Below are positions 9,295-18,877 of a stretch of DNA of 64,000 nucleotides, one piece after another. A program made the position numbers and the translations under genes. Positions within the stretch are counted from its first letter, which is position 1. Each line of letters opens with the position of its first letter. The notes under the pieces were generated by a model. It searched no databases, was not told the DNA's origin, and saw only the letters and a list, made by a program, of their open reading frames with translations. The stretch is taken from positions 2,743,999 to 2,807,998 of the forward strand of contig OX638343.1 of NCBI GenBank assembly GCA_951813075.1, written 5' to 3'. Source of the stretch: Arenicellales bacterium (GTDB lineage: Bacteria; Pseudomonadota; Gammaproteobacteria; Arenicellales; JAJDZL01).

Positions 9295-10077
9295 GTGCCT
9301 GCGTACAAACGGACACCAACGAAAATTAACACTGTACTGGCAAACTGTCCACCGGGTGTGCCAATGTCAAGTGTTTGGCTGGAGTCACAAGGGATTTCAC
9401 CTCAACTTCTGCAAACATACAAGAATTCCGGTTGGCTCGAACCTTTGGGCAGAGGTTGCTGGATAAGGGCCGGTACCGAACCTACACGAACAGGGGCAAT
9501 CTATGCATTGCAGCAAATACCAACACTTAACGTTCATCCTGCCGCAAGATCTGCACTGGAATCGCTTGGTCAGGCCCACTATATTCCACTCGGCAAGGCT
9601 CCTGCCCTTCAATTGAGCATGCCATCTGGTCAAAGGCTGCCGGACTGGTTCAAGAATCTAGAATTTTCAGAGAACCTCCATGTCCTCAATGCGAGTGTCT
9701 TGTTTGATCCCATCACCGTTGGTTTGGTTAACGTTAAAAACGAAGGAGTAGTCTTGAAAGTCAGTAGTCCTGAGAGAGCGATGATGGAGTATTGCCAACT
9801 ATTACCACATTCTGCAGAATTTGAAGAAGCCCAACAATTGATGGAAGGCCTTCCAACTCTGCGTCCTCGTCTGCTGCAAAGTACTCTGCAGGCTTGTAGG
9901 TCAGTCAAAGCAAAGAGGCTATTCCTCGCACTGGCGGAATCCGTGGGGCACCATTGGTTTGGCGAAATCGAAATCTCTGAAATAGATTTAGGTTTCAGTA
10001 ATCGAATACTACCGACCGATGGTGTATCTCATCCTAGATTTCGAATTACAGTACCCAAAACATGGATTATTGAATAA
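9295..10077 (+). CDS. AbiEi-family antitoxin / transcriptional regulator (type IV TA)
   Basis: 260-aa ORF with a GTG start. It has an AbiEi-like N-terminal region (SSVWLESQGISPQLLQTYKNSGWLEPLGRGCWIR). Its stop overlaps the start of the downstream nucleotidyltransferase gene (TAATG). Confidence 0.7.
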   Translation: MPAYKRTPTKINTVLANCPPGVPMSSVWLESQGISPQLLQTYKNSGWLEPLGRGCWIRAGTEPTRTGAIYALQQIPTLNVHPAARSALESLGQAHYIPLGKAPALQLSMPSGQRLPDWFKNLEFSENLHVLNASVLFDPITVGLVNVKNEGVVLKVSSPERAMMEYCQLLPHSAEFEEAQQLMEGLPTLRPRLLQSTLQACRSVKAKRLFLALAESVGHHWFGEIEISEIDLGFSNRILPTDGVSHPRFRITVPKTWIIE

Positions 10078-11015
10078 TGGAGCGATTCGAAAGGCAGGTT
10101 GCACTATTGATTGATACTTTGCCATTTGTGGCAGAATCAGAAGTATTCGCCCTAAAAGGCGGAACAGCCATCAACTTTTTTTATCGTGACTGTCCGAGAA
10201 TTTCGGTAGACATTGATCTTCACTATCTTCCTCGGAAAAATTGGACGGAAGCGAGGGAGGACATAGATTTTCATCTTGACAGAATAATCGAAAAAATCAG
10301 CTCGTCATTAAAGCAGGCGAAGGTCGACTTGCTCGGCAAAGAAAATCAAGACAAAAAGATTCTTGTAGGTAAGCAAGGCGCTAACGTGAAAATTGAGCCA
10401 AACTATAGAATAAGGGAACTATTTTCCGAACCGGAAAAATTGGAGCTTTGCCCATACTTACAAGATAGGTTTAATCGACGCGTGCAAATGACTTGCGTTT
10501 CGAAAGAAGAGCTCTTTGCCGGTAAACTATGTGCGGCTCTCAATAGGCAACATCCAAGGGACCTGTTTGATGTATGGCTGCACCTGAAAGAGAATAAATG
10601 GTTTTCATCGGAATATATAGCTGCATTTGTAGTTTACTTGATCTGTCAAGGTGGGCAGATTCATGAAACGCTGAACCCGAATTTTAAGGAAGTGAAGTCA
10701 ATTTTCGAAAATCAATTCATCGGAATGTCCAGTACTCAGGTGACGTTGGACCGCTTGGAAAAAATACAAAAGAGTCTGCCTAGTCGTATAGTTGAATCTC
10801 TTCCAGATTCGTACCGGGAATTTCTCGTTGAATTCAAAAATGGTGTTCCTGATTGGAGCCGATTGCCGTACTCAAAAGTTCAGGATTTGCCGGCGATTCG
10901 TTATAAGATGAAACACCTTGAGAAAATGGATTGCAAGAAACGGCAGATTGCTATAGATAAATTACAGCAAATCTTTGATGCGATTCCGTACGCTACTCCA
11001 ACATTCAATCAGTAA
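10077..11015 (+). CDS. AbiEii/AbiGii-family nucleotidyltransferase toxin (DUF1814)
   Basis: 312 aa. The N-terminal motif FALKGGTAINFFYRDCPRISVDIDLHY is typical of the AbiEii NTase fold. The gene is translationally coupled to the AbiEi-like gene. Confidence 0.8.
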   Translation: MERFERQVALLIDTLPFVAESEVFALKGGTAINFFYRDCPRISVDIDLHYLPRKNWTEAREDIDFHLDRIIEKISSSLKQAKVDLLGKENQDKKILVGKQGANVKIEPNYRIRELFSEPEKLELCPYLQDRFNRRVQMTCVSKEELFAGKLCAALNRQHPRDLFDVWLHLKENKWFSSEYIAAFVVYLICQGGQIHETLNPNFKEVKSIFENQFIGMSSTQVTLDRLEKIQKSLPSRIVESLPDSYREFLVEFKNGVPDWSRLPYSKVQDLPAIRYKMKHLEKMDCKKRQIAIDKLQQIFDAIPYATPTFNQ

Positions 11016-11111
11016 GCAATAAAGATAAAGTCGTAACTTCCCCACCTCACCAAAGATATGCCTCTCAGATTGCAGACGAGCTGGTTGAGAGACATTCATC
11101 TAAAAAGAATA

Positions 11112-11684
11112 ATATACCTCTGCACTTAATTCAGGATAGCGTGCATCGGTCTAGTGTCGACGGCGGTATCAGAAGTCGTATCGGGATCTGCGATTCCCAC
11201 CACTGGCGGTTGAACCAGTAGACGAACCCACCGACAAATTCCTGCATGTATTGCTACGACATACCATGAAAGATTCCAAGCAGCAACGTTGTAGATAACG
11301 TTTTAAGTATTACTGATCACAACGTGTACCTTCGACAGCCAGCTGGCGGCAAACTACTTGGTCAGCGGTGGCTTGTTGCGGTTGATCATCGATTCGGCGG
11401 TGGCAGAAGTCAAACGTCTGAGGCGTTTTCATTCGTACAGTCCGCGACGCTTGATATATTAATTTTGGTGGTATCCGCATCACGGACAACTGAAACTGTC
11501 ACGACTCCAGCGAACCTGTTCGAGAAGCGCTCTGCAGGCTTCGTCGATGGCGTGTTTGCGGGTTCATGCGAGATAACTGATTGGTTTCTGTTTGACTTTG
11601 TATTTCCTTCATAATATCAATGATTTATGTAGGATATTATACAATTATCAGTGTTACTGCCCTGAATTAAGGTAGAGGTATATA
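11112..11684 (-). mobile_element. Internally deleted, point-mutated IS1595-family element (non-autonomous, MITE-like) with about 24-bp terminal inverted repeats
   Basis: The ends are atatacctctgcacttaattcagg (11112..11135) and cctgaattaaggtagaggtatata (11661..11684); they match as inverted repeats apart from a central substitution and a 1-nt indel. The minus strand reads an IS1595 N-terminal Zn-ribbon region, DEACRALLEQVRWSRDSFSCP*CGY...RGLYE*K..TSATAESMINRNKPPLTK*FAASWL, with in-frame stops. It then jumps to a C-terminal tail, QEFVGGFVYWFNRQWWESQIPIRLL. Confidence 0.6.
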
Positions 11685-11698
11685 AAATTTAAAGAACC

Positions 11699-12811
11699 AT
11701 GCTCATCAAGGACATTCAAATTACACGCCACAAACTGGAAATCAATCCGCCGTTTCCTTCTTCATGGGACCCCAGACCTTTGACCAAGTGGGAGACCACG
11801 TTGGTTCGTGTCACAGCGGAGAATGGAATGGTTGGTATTTCGTCTGGCGACGCAATGATCGGATTCGAGCGATATAAAAATCTGTTCATCGGTGAGAATG
11901 CGTTCGATTTTGATCGTCATAGTCGTATTCTGGAAAGTATTTCACTCTTTGCTGCCCGATGCTGGCCGCTTGACCTTGCACTTTGGGATCTGTTCGGGAA
12001 AGTAGAAAATAAGCCAGTCTATAAATTACTTGGGGGCGGTTCAGGAGTCCTTCCGCTATATGCATCAACGGGTACGGTTCGCCCACCGGCCGAACTTGCC
12101 GAACAAGCCTGCCAGATCAAAGACATGGGTTTCAAAGCGATCAAATTCCGGATTGCTCGCCGTGAACCGGATGAAGATGTCGAAGCACTTCGTGCAGTGC
12201 GAGCGGCACTAGGGGAGGAAATCGAGATCATGGTTGACGCCAATCAGGCTTGGCGAATGCCGTGGGATATCTCCGATTGGTGGACCTACGAGGATGCTAG
12301 ATCAATGATCGATAAAACACGCGAATTGAATCTGTATTGGCTTGAGGAACCGCTCCATCGGGGCGACTTTGAGGGATTGCGAAAACTGAGGGCGATTCCC
12401 GGAGCACCGCGCATCGCCAGTGGTGAGATGAATACCGAGTATCACGAATTGAGGTATTTGATGTCGTCTGGATGTCTTGACGTCCTGCAGACCGATTGTG
12501 TGTACTACGGCGGAATCACCGGACTCGCAACAATTGCCCGCGAGTCCGAAAGTCATGGTGTTACATTCAGCCCGCATACCTGGGGTAACGGAATTGGGTT
12601 TTTGGCGAACGCGCATCTCGCCGCTGGAACTGGCGCTCCGCCCTACTTGGAGTACGCGCTTGATCCGCCTGAGTGGACACTCGAAGAGAGAGATTTCATG
12701 CTGACAGAGCTGGTCATGCACGACGGCAACGGATGCATCGACTTGGGAACAAAACCCGGATTGGGGTTCGAACTGGACGAAGACATCCTGGATCGGACAC
12801 GCGTCCGCTGA
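11699..12811 (+). CDS. Enolase-superfamily enzyme (mandelate racemase / muconate lactonizing enzyme family)
   Basis: 370 aa. It has an N-terminal capping domain and a barrel domain with a metal-ligand context (IMVDANQAW, YWLEEP, ASGEM) and a ..SPHTWGNG.. segment. Confidence 0.85.
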   Translation: MLIKDIQITRHKLEINPPFPSSWDPRPLTKWETTLVRVTAENGMVGISSGDAMIGFERYKNLFIGENAFDFDRHSRILESISLFAARCWPLDLALWDLFGKVENKPVYKLLGGGSGVLPLYASTGTVRPPAELAEQACQIKDMGFKAIKFRIARREPDEDVEALRAVRAALGEEIEIMVDANQAWRMPWDISDWWTYEDARSMIDKTRELNLYWLEEPLHRGDFEGLRKLRAIPGAPRIASGEMNTEYHELRYLMSSGCLDVLQTDCVYYGGITGLATIARESESHGVTFSPHTWGNGIGFLANAHLAAGTGAPPYLEYALDPPEWTLEERDFMLTELVMHDGNGCIDLGTKPGLGFELDEDILDRTRVR

Positions 12812-12841
12812 ATTCACCGTCGGAAGTGACCCTGAACTTGA

Positions 12842-14989
12842 TCAGACTCGCAATGTCAGATCTACAAATGTTTCGTTGTAACAGGCTCCCCTGTCAAGAT
12901 CGGCTCGTATGTCGGAGGGGATCAGCGAGTTAACTGTCAATTTAGTATCGCTGGTATCACGCCAAGTGCCTTTTGGCGAATAAAGCACACCGGGTCGGGT
13001 TTTATCTGATACAACGATTTCCAGTACGACTCTACCACGCTCATTCCAGACTTCGACGATGTCGCCGTCGGTAAAACCGCGCATTTCAGCATCTCGTGGA
13101 TTAATTTCCACAATTTCAGTCCCACTCGAAGCCTCACAACCACCAAAAGTGGCATTCGTCCGCTTGCTGGACGATGGCGATATCAATGTGAAGGGTAAAT
13201 CCTTTCTGACCAGACGAAACCGGGGCACTCCAAATCCAAATCGGGTATCGAGATCCTGAGAGAACAATTCGATTTTGCCCGATTCAGTCGCTGGCGATAC
13301 ATTTTTACACATGACCGCAAAATCGCCCTCAGGGTTGTTGAATTCGATCGCACGGTCCAAAGGGAGTTGGCTGGGGTGATAACCTTCAAAACGGTGGTCG
13401 TTCGGTTCGAAAGCAGCATCCATCAAATCGGTATCACTTTCAGTGAATGTGGAATCATCGAACCCGAATCTTGCCGCGAGTCGTCTGAAGATTTCTGTGT
13501 TTGGCAATGCTTCACCGACTAATGGGATAACCGGTGCCGCCCGTTGCACATAGTTCTGGCCATAGGCACCATATATATCCGCATACTCGAAATGACTGGC
13601 GGCCGGCAGAATGATGTCAGCGTATGCCATGCTATCTGTCATGACAATATCCGAACCTACGATGAACAGGTCATCGCGTTTCAATGCCTTGATCATTTCC
13701 CGTTGATTCGGATGAGTGACGACTGGGTTATGGTTGTAAATCATCAACGCCTTGATGGGTGGTTTCAAGGTATTGTCCTGCAACAGCGACGCAACATCGA
13801 CAATATTGAATGTTCGGGTCCCTGCAGGAATCAAGTCGGGACGCCGCAGTCTGTCAGTCGTCTTGGGTACTGTCAACTCAGGTTCTGCGATCACTCCGGC
13901 ACCCAGCCGACCGTGATTGCCAGTTAATGCTTGCAACGCCATAGCGGCGCGAATTCCAGAGCCACCACTATGTCCGCGTTCCATTCCGTTTCCAACCGAT
14001 ACCGCTACATTATTCGCCTCGCAGTACAACTCAACAAACTGATTGAACTGATCTTTACCGACACCACAGATATTGATAACGTCATCCACCGAGTATTGGC
14101 GCGCCTGCTCCATGTAGCGTTCATATCCGAAAGTCCACTGATTGACGAAATCCAGATCCAATTCGCTCCTTCGTTCCAACTCTGCTGCCATCGCCATCGC
14201 AAGTACAACATCGGTGCCTGGCATGATGTGGATATGAAGATCGCTTTGTTCGGCTATTCGAATTCGTTTTGGATCAATTGTGATAACTTTTGCACCGTTT
14301 TGACGGGCAGATTTAATGACCCTTGCCAGATGTAGATTCGAGACGGTCGCATTATTGCCCCAGACCACAATTAAATCCGAGTGTCGTGCCTGTTCGGGAG
14401 CCATGCCGGGCGCTTCTCCGTACAAACTGGAATATGATGTTGCTCGCACCGCACCACACAACGGACCGCGATCAAGAAGCGTAGCACCGAGCTTGTGAAA
14501 GAACCGGCGGTCCATGGAACCCATAGCGAGTTCCCCGTGCGGACCCGCGTAATTGAACGGCATCACCGACTGAGGTCCGAACTGATCTATCGCTTTTGAG
14601 AATTCACGGTGCACGTGTTCCAGTGCATCATCCCAGGAAATCCGCGTGTATTGTCCGGTATCCCGTTCGCCAGTTCGAAGCAAAGGTGTTCTCAGTCGCT
14701 TTTGCCCGTGAATCATTTCCGGGTAATAACGTCCGACTTTGTTACAGATAACCCCGGCAGTATAGGGATTCGCCTTCGACCCTCGCACCTTTACGACATG
14801 GTCGTCGTTTACTGTCACCTCCAGACTACAGGTGTCGGGGCAATCGAGTGGGCAAACGCTGTCCAGAATTTGGGTTGAATTACTAGTGTTCAAGATTTCG
14901 TGTACTCGGTTGAATTTGTCGCCGCTGCATTTGTAATGCGCTCGGTTGAGCGGATAATTATAGGTAGAAATTCCGGGCATGTTATTCAT
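12842..14989 (-). CDS. Molybdopterin-dependent oxidoreductase (MopB superfamily), cytoplasmic, substrate unknown
   Basis: 715 aa. There is an N-terminal Fe-S Cys cluster (CPLDCPDTCSLEV....GVIC) and a C-terminal molybdopterin dinucleotide-binding-like barrel (VEINPRDAEMRGFTDGDIVEVWNERGRVVLE). No twin-arginine signal is visible and no partner subunit genes are adjacent. Confidence 0.85.
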   Translation of the reverse strand: MNNMPGISTYNYPLNRAHYKCSGDKFNRVHEILNTSNSTQILDSVCPLDCPDTCSLEVTVNDDHVVKVRGSKANPYTAGVICNKVGRYYPEMIHGQKRLRTPLLRTGERDTGQYTRISWDDALEHVHREFSKAIDQFGPQSVMPFNYAGPHGELAMGSMDRRFFHKLGATLLDRGPLCGAVRATSYSSLYGEAPGMAPEQARHSDLIVVWGNNATVSNLHLARVIKSARQNGAKVITIDPKRIRIAEQSDLHIHIMPGTDVVLAMAMAAELERRSELDLDFVNQWTFGYERYMEQARQYSVDDVINICGVGKDQFNQFVELYCEANNVAVSVGNGMERGHSGGSGIRAAMALQALTGNHGRLGAGVIAEPELTVPKTTDRLRRPDLIPAGTRTFNIVDVASLLQDNTLKPPIKALMIYNHNPVVTHPNQREMIKALKRDDLFIVGSDIVMTDSMAYADIILPAASHFEYADIYGAYGQNYVQRAAPVIPLVGEALPNTEIFRRLAARFGFDDSTFTESDTDLMDAAFEPNDHRFEGYHPSQLPLDRAIEFNNPEGDFAVMCKNVSPATESGKIELFSQDLDTRFGFGVPRFRLVRKDLPFTLISPSSSKRTNATFGGCEASSGTEIVEINPRDAEMRGFTDGDIVEVWNERGRVVLEIVVSDKTRPGVLYSPKGTWRDTSDTKLTVNSLIPSDIRADLDRGACYNETFVDLTLRV

Positions 14990-15034
14990 ATCGTTGCCGC
15001 GGAATTTGTTGTTCAGCGACCAAGCGAATTAAAT

Positions 15035-15420
15035 CTAATAGGTCTGTGTAGATGTTTCAGTCAAATTGACCAATAAAGCTACAGGTGAGTAATTGGCGGC
15101 GGCGTTCAGCAGTTGATGAGGGTATTGGCATTCCCAATAACGACGATCGATCCGATAGACGAACTCGTAGAAGAACTCATACACATATTTGCTGCTGACA
15201 CTGCGAAAGGTGCCCAGCAGGAAGCGATTCAGATTGGCGGTCACGATGTGTACCACGGGCAGCCATTCGCCAGCTTGCTAAGGCGGTGTGATTTTGGCCA
15301 AGTGCTGACGATGGCAACCTTTGGTAAACTTCGACCGCTGAGAAGCCCCTATAGTGCAGAAAAAAGCCGTCAAGGTTGCGCATTGATAAGAGGCGTGACG
15401 GCTATGTTAATTCGTAATAT
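15035..15420 (-). pseudogene. IS1595-family transposase remnant (C-terminal third, frameshifted)
   Basis: The minus strand reads ..KVAIVSTWPKSHRLSKLANG.. After a frameshift it continues EWLPVVHIVTANLNRFLLGTFRSVSSKYVYEFFYEFVYRIDRRYWECQYPHQLL. This resembles the IS1595 pattern H..V.H...TN.IE.FW..LKR...G.Y..VS.K.L..Y..EF.FR.NRR. Confidence 0.5.
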
Positions 15421-15476
15421 TACACCAGAAACTAAATAACTTAAAGTATTTGCTCAAATTTCGGGAACTCCTGGTT

Positions 15477-17432
15477 TCAACCCGTCTGAAGCTCTGGAAG
15501 ATCGCGATACAAATCAAGCGCCTGTGGATTGTCCAATGCTTCAATATTGTCGATTATTTCGCCGTGAACGATCTTGCGTACAGCGACTTCTGTAATTTTT
15601 CCATTTTTTGTTCTCGGGATATCTGCGACTTGTATGATCTTCGCCGGTACGTGACGAGGTGATGCATTATTTCGAATTACCGATTTAATCTTGGAAACAA
15701 GGTTCTCGTCAAGTTCAAGATCGTCTCGCAATCGGACGAACAGCACGATTCTGGTGTCACCATCCCATCGCTGCCCGATTACGAGACTCTCGATAACCTC
15801 ATCAACGCGTTCCGCCTGGCGATAGATTTCTGCAGTACCGATGCGTACACCACTAGGATTGAGAACCGAATCGGAGCGACCGTAGACAACCATTCCGCCG
15901 TGTTCAGTGAGTTCGACATAATCACCGTGATGCCATACCCCGGGGAATTTCTCAAAGTATGCCGAACGATATTTTTCATCATTTTCGTCGTTCCAGAATT
16001 CAATTGGCATTGACGGGAATGAATTGCGACAAACCAGTTCTCCCTTTGTTCCTGGACTGACTTCGACACCAAAATCGTCAAAAACCGCGACATCCATACC
16101 AAGACCCTTGCACTGAATCTCGCCGCGCCACACCGGCAACGTAGGATTGCCGAGAATAAAGCAGGAAATGAGGTCGGTCCCGCCTGAGATGGAAGACAGG
16201 CAGATATCTTCCTTGATTGCTTCGTAAACGTAGTCAAAGCTTTCCGGAATCAGCGGTGATCCTGTCGACATCAAAGTCTTGAGAGAAGACAGATCATGTG
16301 TATCTTTCGGGCGGATTCCAGCTTTTGAAATGAAGTCTATATATTTTGCGGAGATTCCGAAATAATCGATCGAATATTCCGAAATGTAGTCGAAAAATGC
16401 GTATTCGTTTGGCTCGAATGGAGAACCTTCGTATAGCACAATTGTTGCTTCGGAAGCGAACGCAGAGACCAACCAGTTCCACATCATCCAGCCACAGGTT
16501 GTAAAGAAGAAAAGCCGCTGATCTTTTTTCAGATCGACATGTAGTCGATGTTCCTTAAGATGCTGCAGCAGTGTTCCCCCGGCTCCGTGGACGATGCACT
16601 TCGGCGCACCTGTCGTACCCGATGAGAACAGAATGAACAGCGGATGATTGAATGGCAACTGGGTGTGAGTTACAGGCTCTGCACTGTAACCATCTACGAA
16701 TTTCTCCAAATTAACAGCACCCTCAATGTCATGACTTGTCGGAGCGTCGAGATAAGGAACAAGTAGTATTTTTTCCAATGATGGAAGGTACCCGACAATT
16801 TCTGAGAGTTTTTCGCTGATATCGAATTTTTTACCACCGTAGGTATAACCATCAACCGATATGAGAATTTTTGGTGATACCTGTCCGAACCTGTCAATCA
16901 CTCCTCGGGCACCGAAGTCAGGCGAACAAGAAGACCAAGTTGCGCCACAAGACGCTGCTGCCAGCATGCAAATAACGGTTTCCGGAATATTGGGCATGTA
17001 CGCGACGATTCTATCCCCGGCTTTAATGCCACAGGCGCGGTAAGCCCTTACCAGGCGATTAACCTGTTCACTGAGCTGCGAGTATGTAATGGCACGATCC
17101 TGCTTGTCTTCCCCTCGGGATATGATCGCGAGGCCATCATCTTTTCGACGCAACAAATTTTCCGTGTAGTTCAGTTGTGCGTCTGCAAACCATCGTGCTC
17201 CCGGCATGCGGTCCTTGTGTTCAACAAATTCTGTTGCCGGTCGGGAAGCCTGAACGTCACAATAATCCCAAATTGCCTGCCAAAAGTTTTCCGAATTGTT
17301 GACTGACCACTGATGCAGGGAATTGAAGTCGTGCAACGCAATCCCCCAGCGTTTGCTGACATAGCTTGCAAACTCGGTAATCGTCGCCTTGGCGACTCGT
17401 TGCTCAGTCGGCTTCCACAGTTGTGCGCCCAT
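15477..17432 (-). CDS. Acetoacetyl-CoA synthetase (acetoacetate-CoA ligase)
   Basis: 651 aa. The N-terminus (LWKPTEQRVAKATITEF..., WSVNNSENFWQAIWDY) and the AMP-binding motif FSSGTTGAPKCIVH are typical of acetoacetyl-CoA synthetases. Confidence 0.9.
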   Translation of the reverse strand: MGAQLWKPTEQRVAKATITEFASYVSKRWGIALHDFNSLHQWSVNNSENFWQAIWDYCDVQASRPATEFVEHKDRMPGARWFADAQLNYTENLLRRKDDGLAIISRGEDKQDRAITYSQLSEQVNRLVRAYRACGIKAGDRIVAYMPNIPETVICMLAAASCGATWSSCSPDFGARGVIDRFGQVSPKILISVDGYTYGGKKFDISEKLSEIVGYLPSLEKILLVPYLDAPTSHDIEGAVNLEKFVDGYSAEPVTHTQLPFNHPLFILFSSGTTGAPKCIVHGAGGTLLQHLKEHRLHVDLKKDQRLFFFTTCGWMMWNWLVSAFASEATIVLYEGSPFEPNEYAFFDYISEYSIDYFGISAKYIDFISKAGIRPKDTHDLSSLKTLMSTGSPLIPESFDYVYEAIKEDICLSSISGGTDLISCFILGNPTLPVWRGEIQCKGLGMDVAVFDDFGVEVSPGTKGELVCRNSFPSMPIEFWNDENDEKYRSAYFEKFPGVWHHGDYVELTEHGGMVVYGRSDSVLNPSGVRIGTAEIYRQAERVDEVIESLVIGQRWDGDTRIVLFVRLRDDLELDENLVSKIKSVIRNNASPRHVPAKIIQVADIPRTKNGKITEVAVRKIVHGEIIDNIEALDNPQALDLYRDLPELQTG

Positions 17433-17521
17433 GGATTAACCCTCCGTTTCAGCCAGTACCGTCTTGATTGCTACGCTGACGAAACATTACGACAGCCAAG
17501 TGATAAATTCAAAAAATGAGT

Positions 17522-17989
17522 TCAGCTGTGATGTGCATAATGCAATGGCAGTGCGGTTGTGTACTTCAGTCTTTCCATCGCAAAACTGGAACTAACATCG
17601 TGGATGTCGGCAACTGAGATCAGGCGCTTGTAGAAATTATCAAATTCATCAATATCAGGTACCACAACCCGCATCAAATAGTCGATTTGGCCACTCATTC
17701 GGTAGAATTCGACGACTTCCGGGAATTCGATGACAGCATTGGCAAATTTTTCAAGCCAAGCAGCATTATGCTGGTTGGTGCGAATAGCGACAAACACGTC
17801 AACTCCTAGATTCAGTTTATCCCGGTTAAGTAAGCCGACTTTGGTAAGAATTACTTTGTCTTGTTCTAGTTTACGCAGTCTTCGCCAGCAAGGTGTAGTG
17901 CTCAGGTTGACGGACTCGGCTATTTGACTTGCCGACATGTTGGCGTCATGCTGAATGCAATCAAGTATTTCAAGATCTATTTTATCCAT
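17522..17989 (-). CDS. Lrp/AsnC-family transcriptional regulator
   Basis: ORF trimmed to the internal Met. It has an HTH region (MDKIDLEILDCIQHDANMSASQIAESVNLSTTPCWRRLRKLEQDKVI) followed by an AsnC-type ligand-binding domain. Confidence 0.85.
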   Translation of the reverse strand: MDKIDLEILDCIQHDANMSASQIAESVNLSTTPCWRRLRKLEQDKVILTKVGLLNRDKLNLGVDVFVAIRTNQHNAAWLEKFANAVIEFPEVVEFYRMSGQIDYLMRVVVPDIDEFDNFYKRLISVADIHDVSSSFAMERLKYTTALPLHYAHHS

Positions 17990-18604
17990 GTCGAAAAAAT
18001 CCTCTTTGAACCTCTTTCGTAGTAAATAATAACTCCAATTGGCATCTATCACAAATAATTTTTGCAAAATTTGTCTAAAATTTGGTGTTTTTGTGACAGT
18101 GTATTGCGATGGGCATCGATTCCATTAAAGGATTCTTTTCAATCACGTCTAAAGTATTTCTCGCATTCGATTGACCGGTATACGGTCAGGATAACTTCTG
18201 GCTGAGTCACATTCGCAATTTATTGTTGTAGCAGGTTTTGAATTAGCGATTTGATCGCAACAGAAATCAGTTGAATGACACGCTTGAAAAACGCTGAACG
18301 TTGGACTACGGAATTTGGCGCTTTAATAACAGTGAGGATGATCCAATACTGATTTAATTTTTTTGAGAAGTAATTTTTTGCAAGCGACAATAATCAGTAT
18401 TCAAAGATGTCGAAATTTGTTGTTGAAGATACGAATTACATTCAAAATGTCGCTACTGACAAGTAAATTCTTATTCATCAAAAGATTCAATTACAGAAAC
18501 CACTAGCGTGCAATTGATTTGCACTGATCAAATCAAATTCAAATTTAATTAAATTTAAACAAACTGCTGAATCTATTCGATCTAATCGATCTTATGACTC
18601 TATT

Positions 18605-18877
18605 TTATGTCTCGTCGGTTGGATCACTATCGGGAGGAAACACTCGACGGGCTACAAAAAATCCAAAAACTGGCACTTCTGGAAATCGCTCATTTAGAAC
18701 AATTTTCATTGCTTTGAAGTGTTTACCCGCAACCAATACGTCGTCAACAACTCCGATAGCCGTAGGAACCGGCGTAACAATGTTTTCATCAATTGCATAC
18801 GCCTCAATGAGTTCATCAAGTGAAGTTCGATTTTGTTCTGAGAGGTGAGACGCTTTGAGCGAGATTTCTTGTATCAC
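18605..18877 (-). pseudogene. Short ORF resembling only the C-terminal phosphoribosyltransferase-like part of ComF/GntX-type proteins; probable gene fragment
   Basis: 90 codons with a GTG start. ..IGVVDDVLVAGKHFKAMKIVL....VPVFGFFVARR parallels the PRTase pattern (VLLVDDV.TTG.T...A......V....LAR) but is degenerate. It lacks the N-terminal about 130 aa of such proteins and sits isolated in a 1.26-kb AT-rich spacer. Confidence 0.3.

Noticed and set aside
11324-11614. 96-codon plus-strand ORF
   Set aside because: It lies antisense to the IS1595 remnant, whose minus-strand translation carries the recognisable transposase motifs. This is a shadow ORF.
12842-14989. Selenocysteine (in-frame TGA) or a Tat signal in the molybdopterin oxidoreductase
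   Set aside because: The ORF is continuous with no internal TGA, and the N-terminus has no RR motif.
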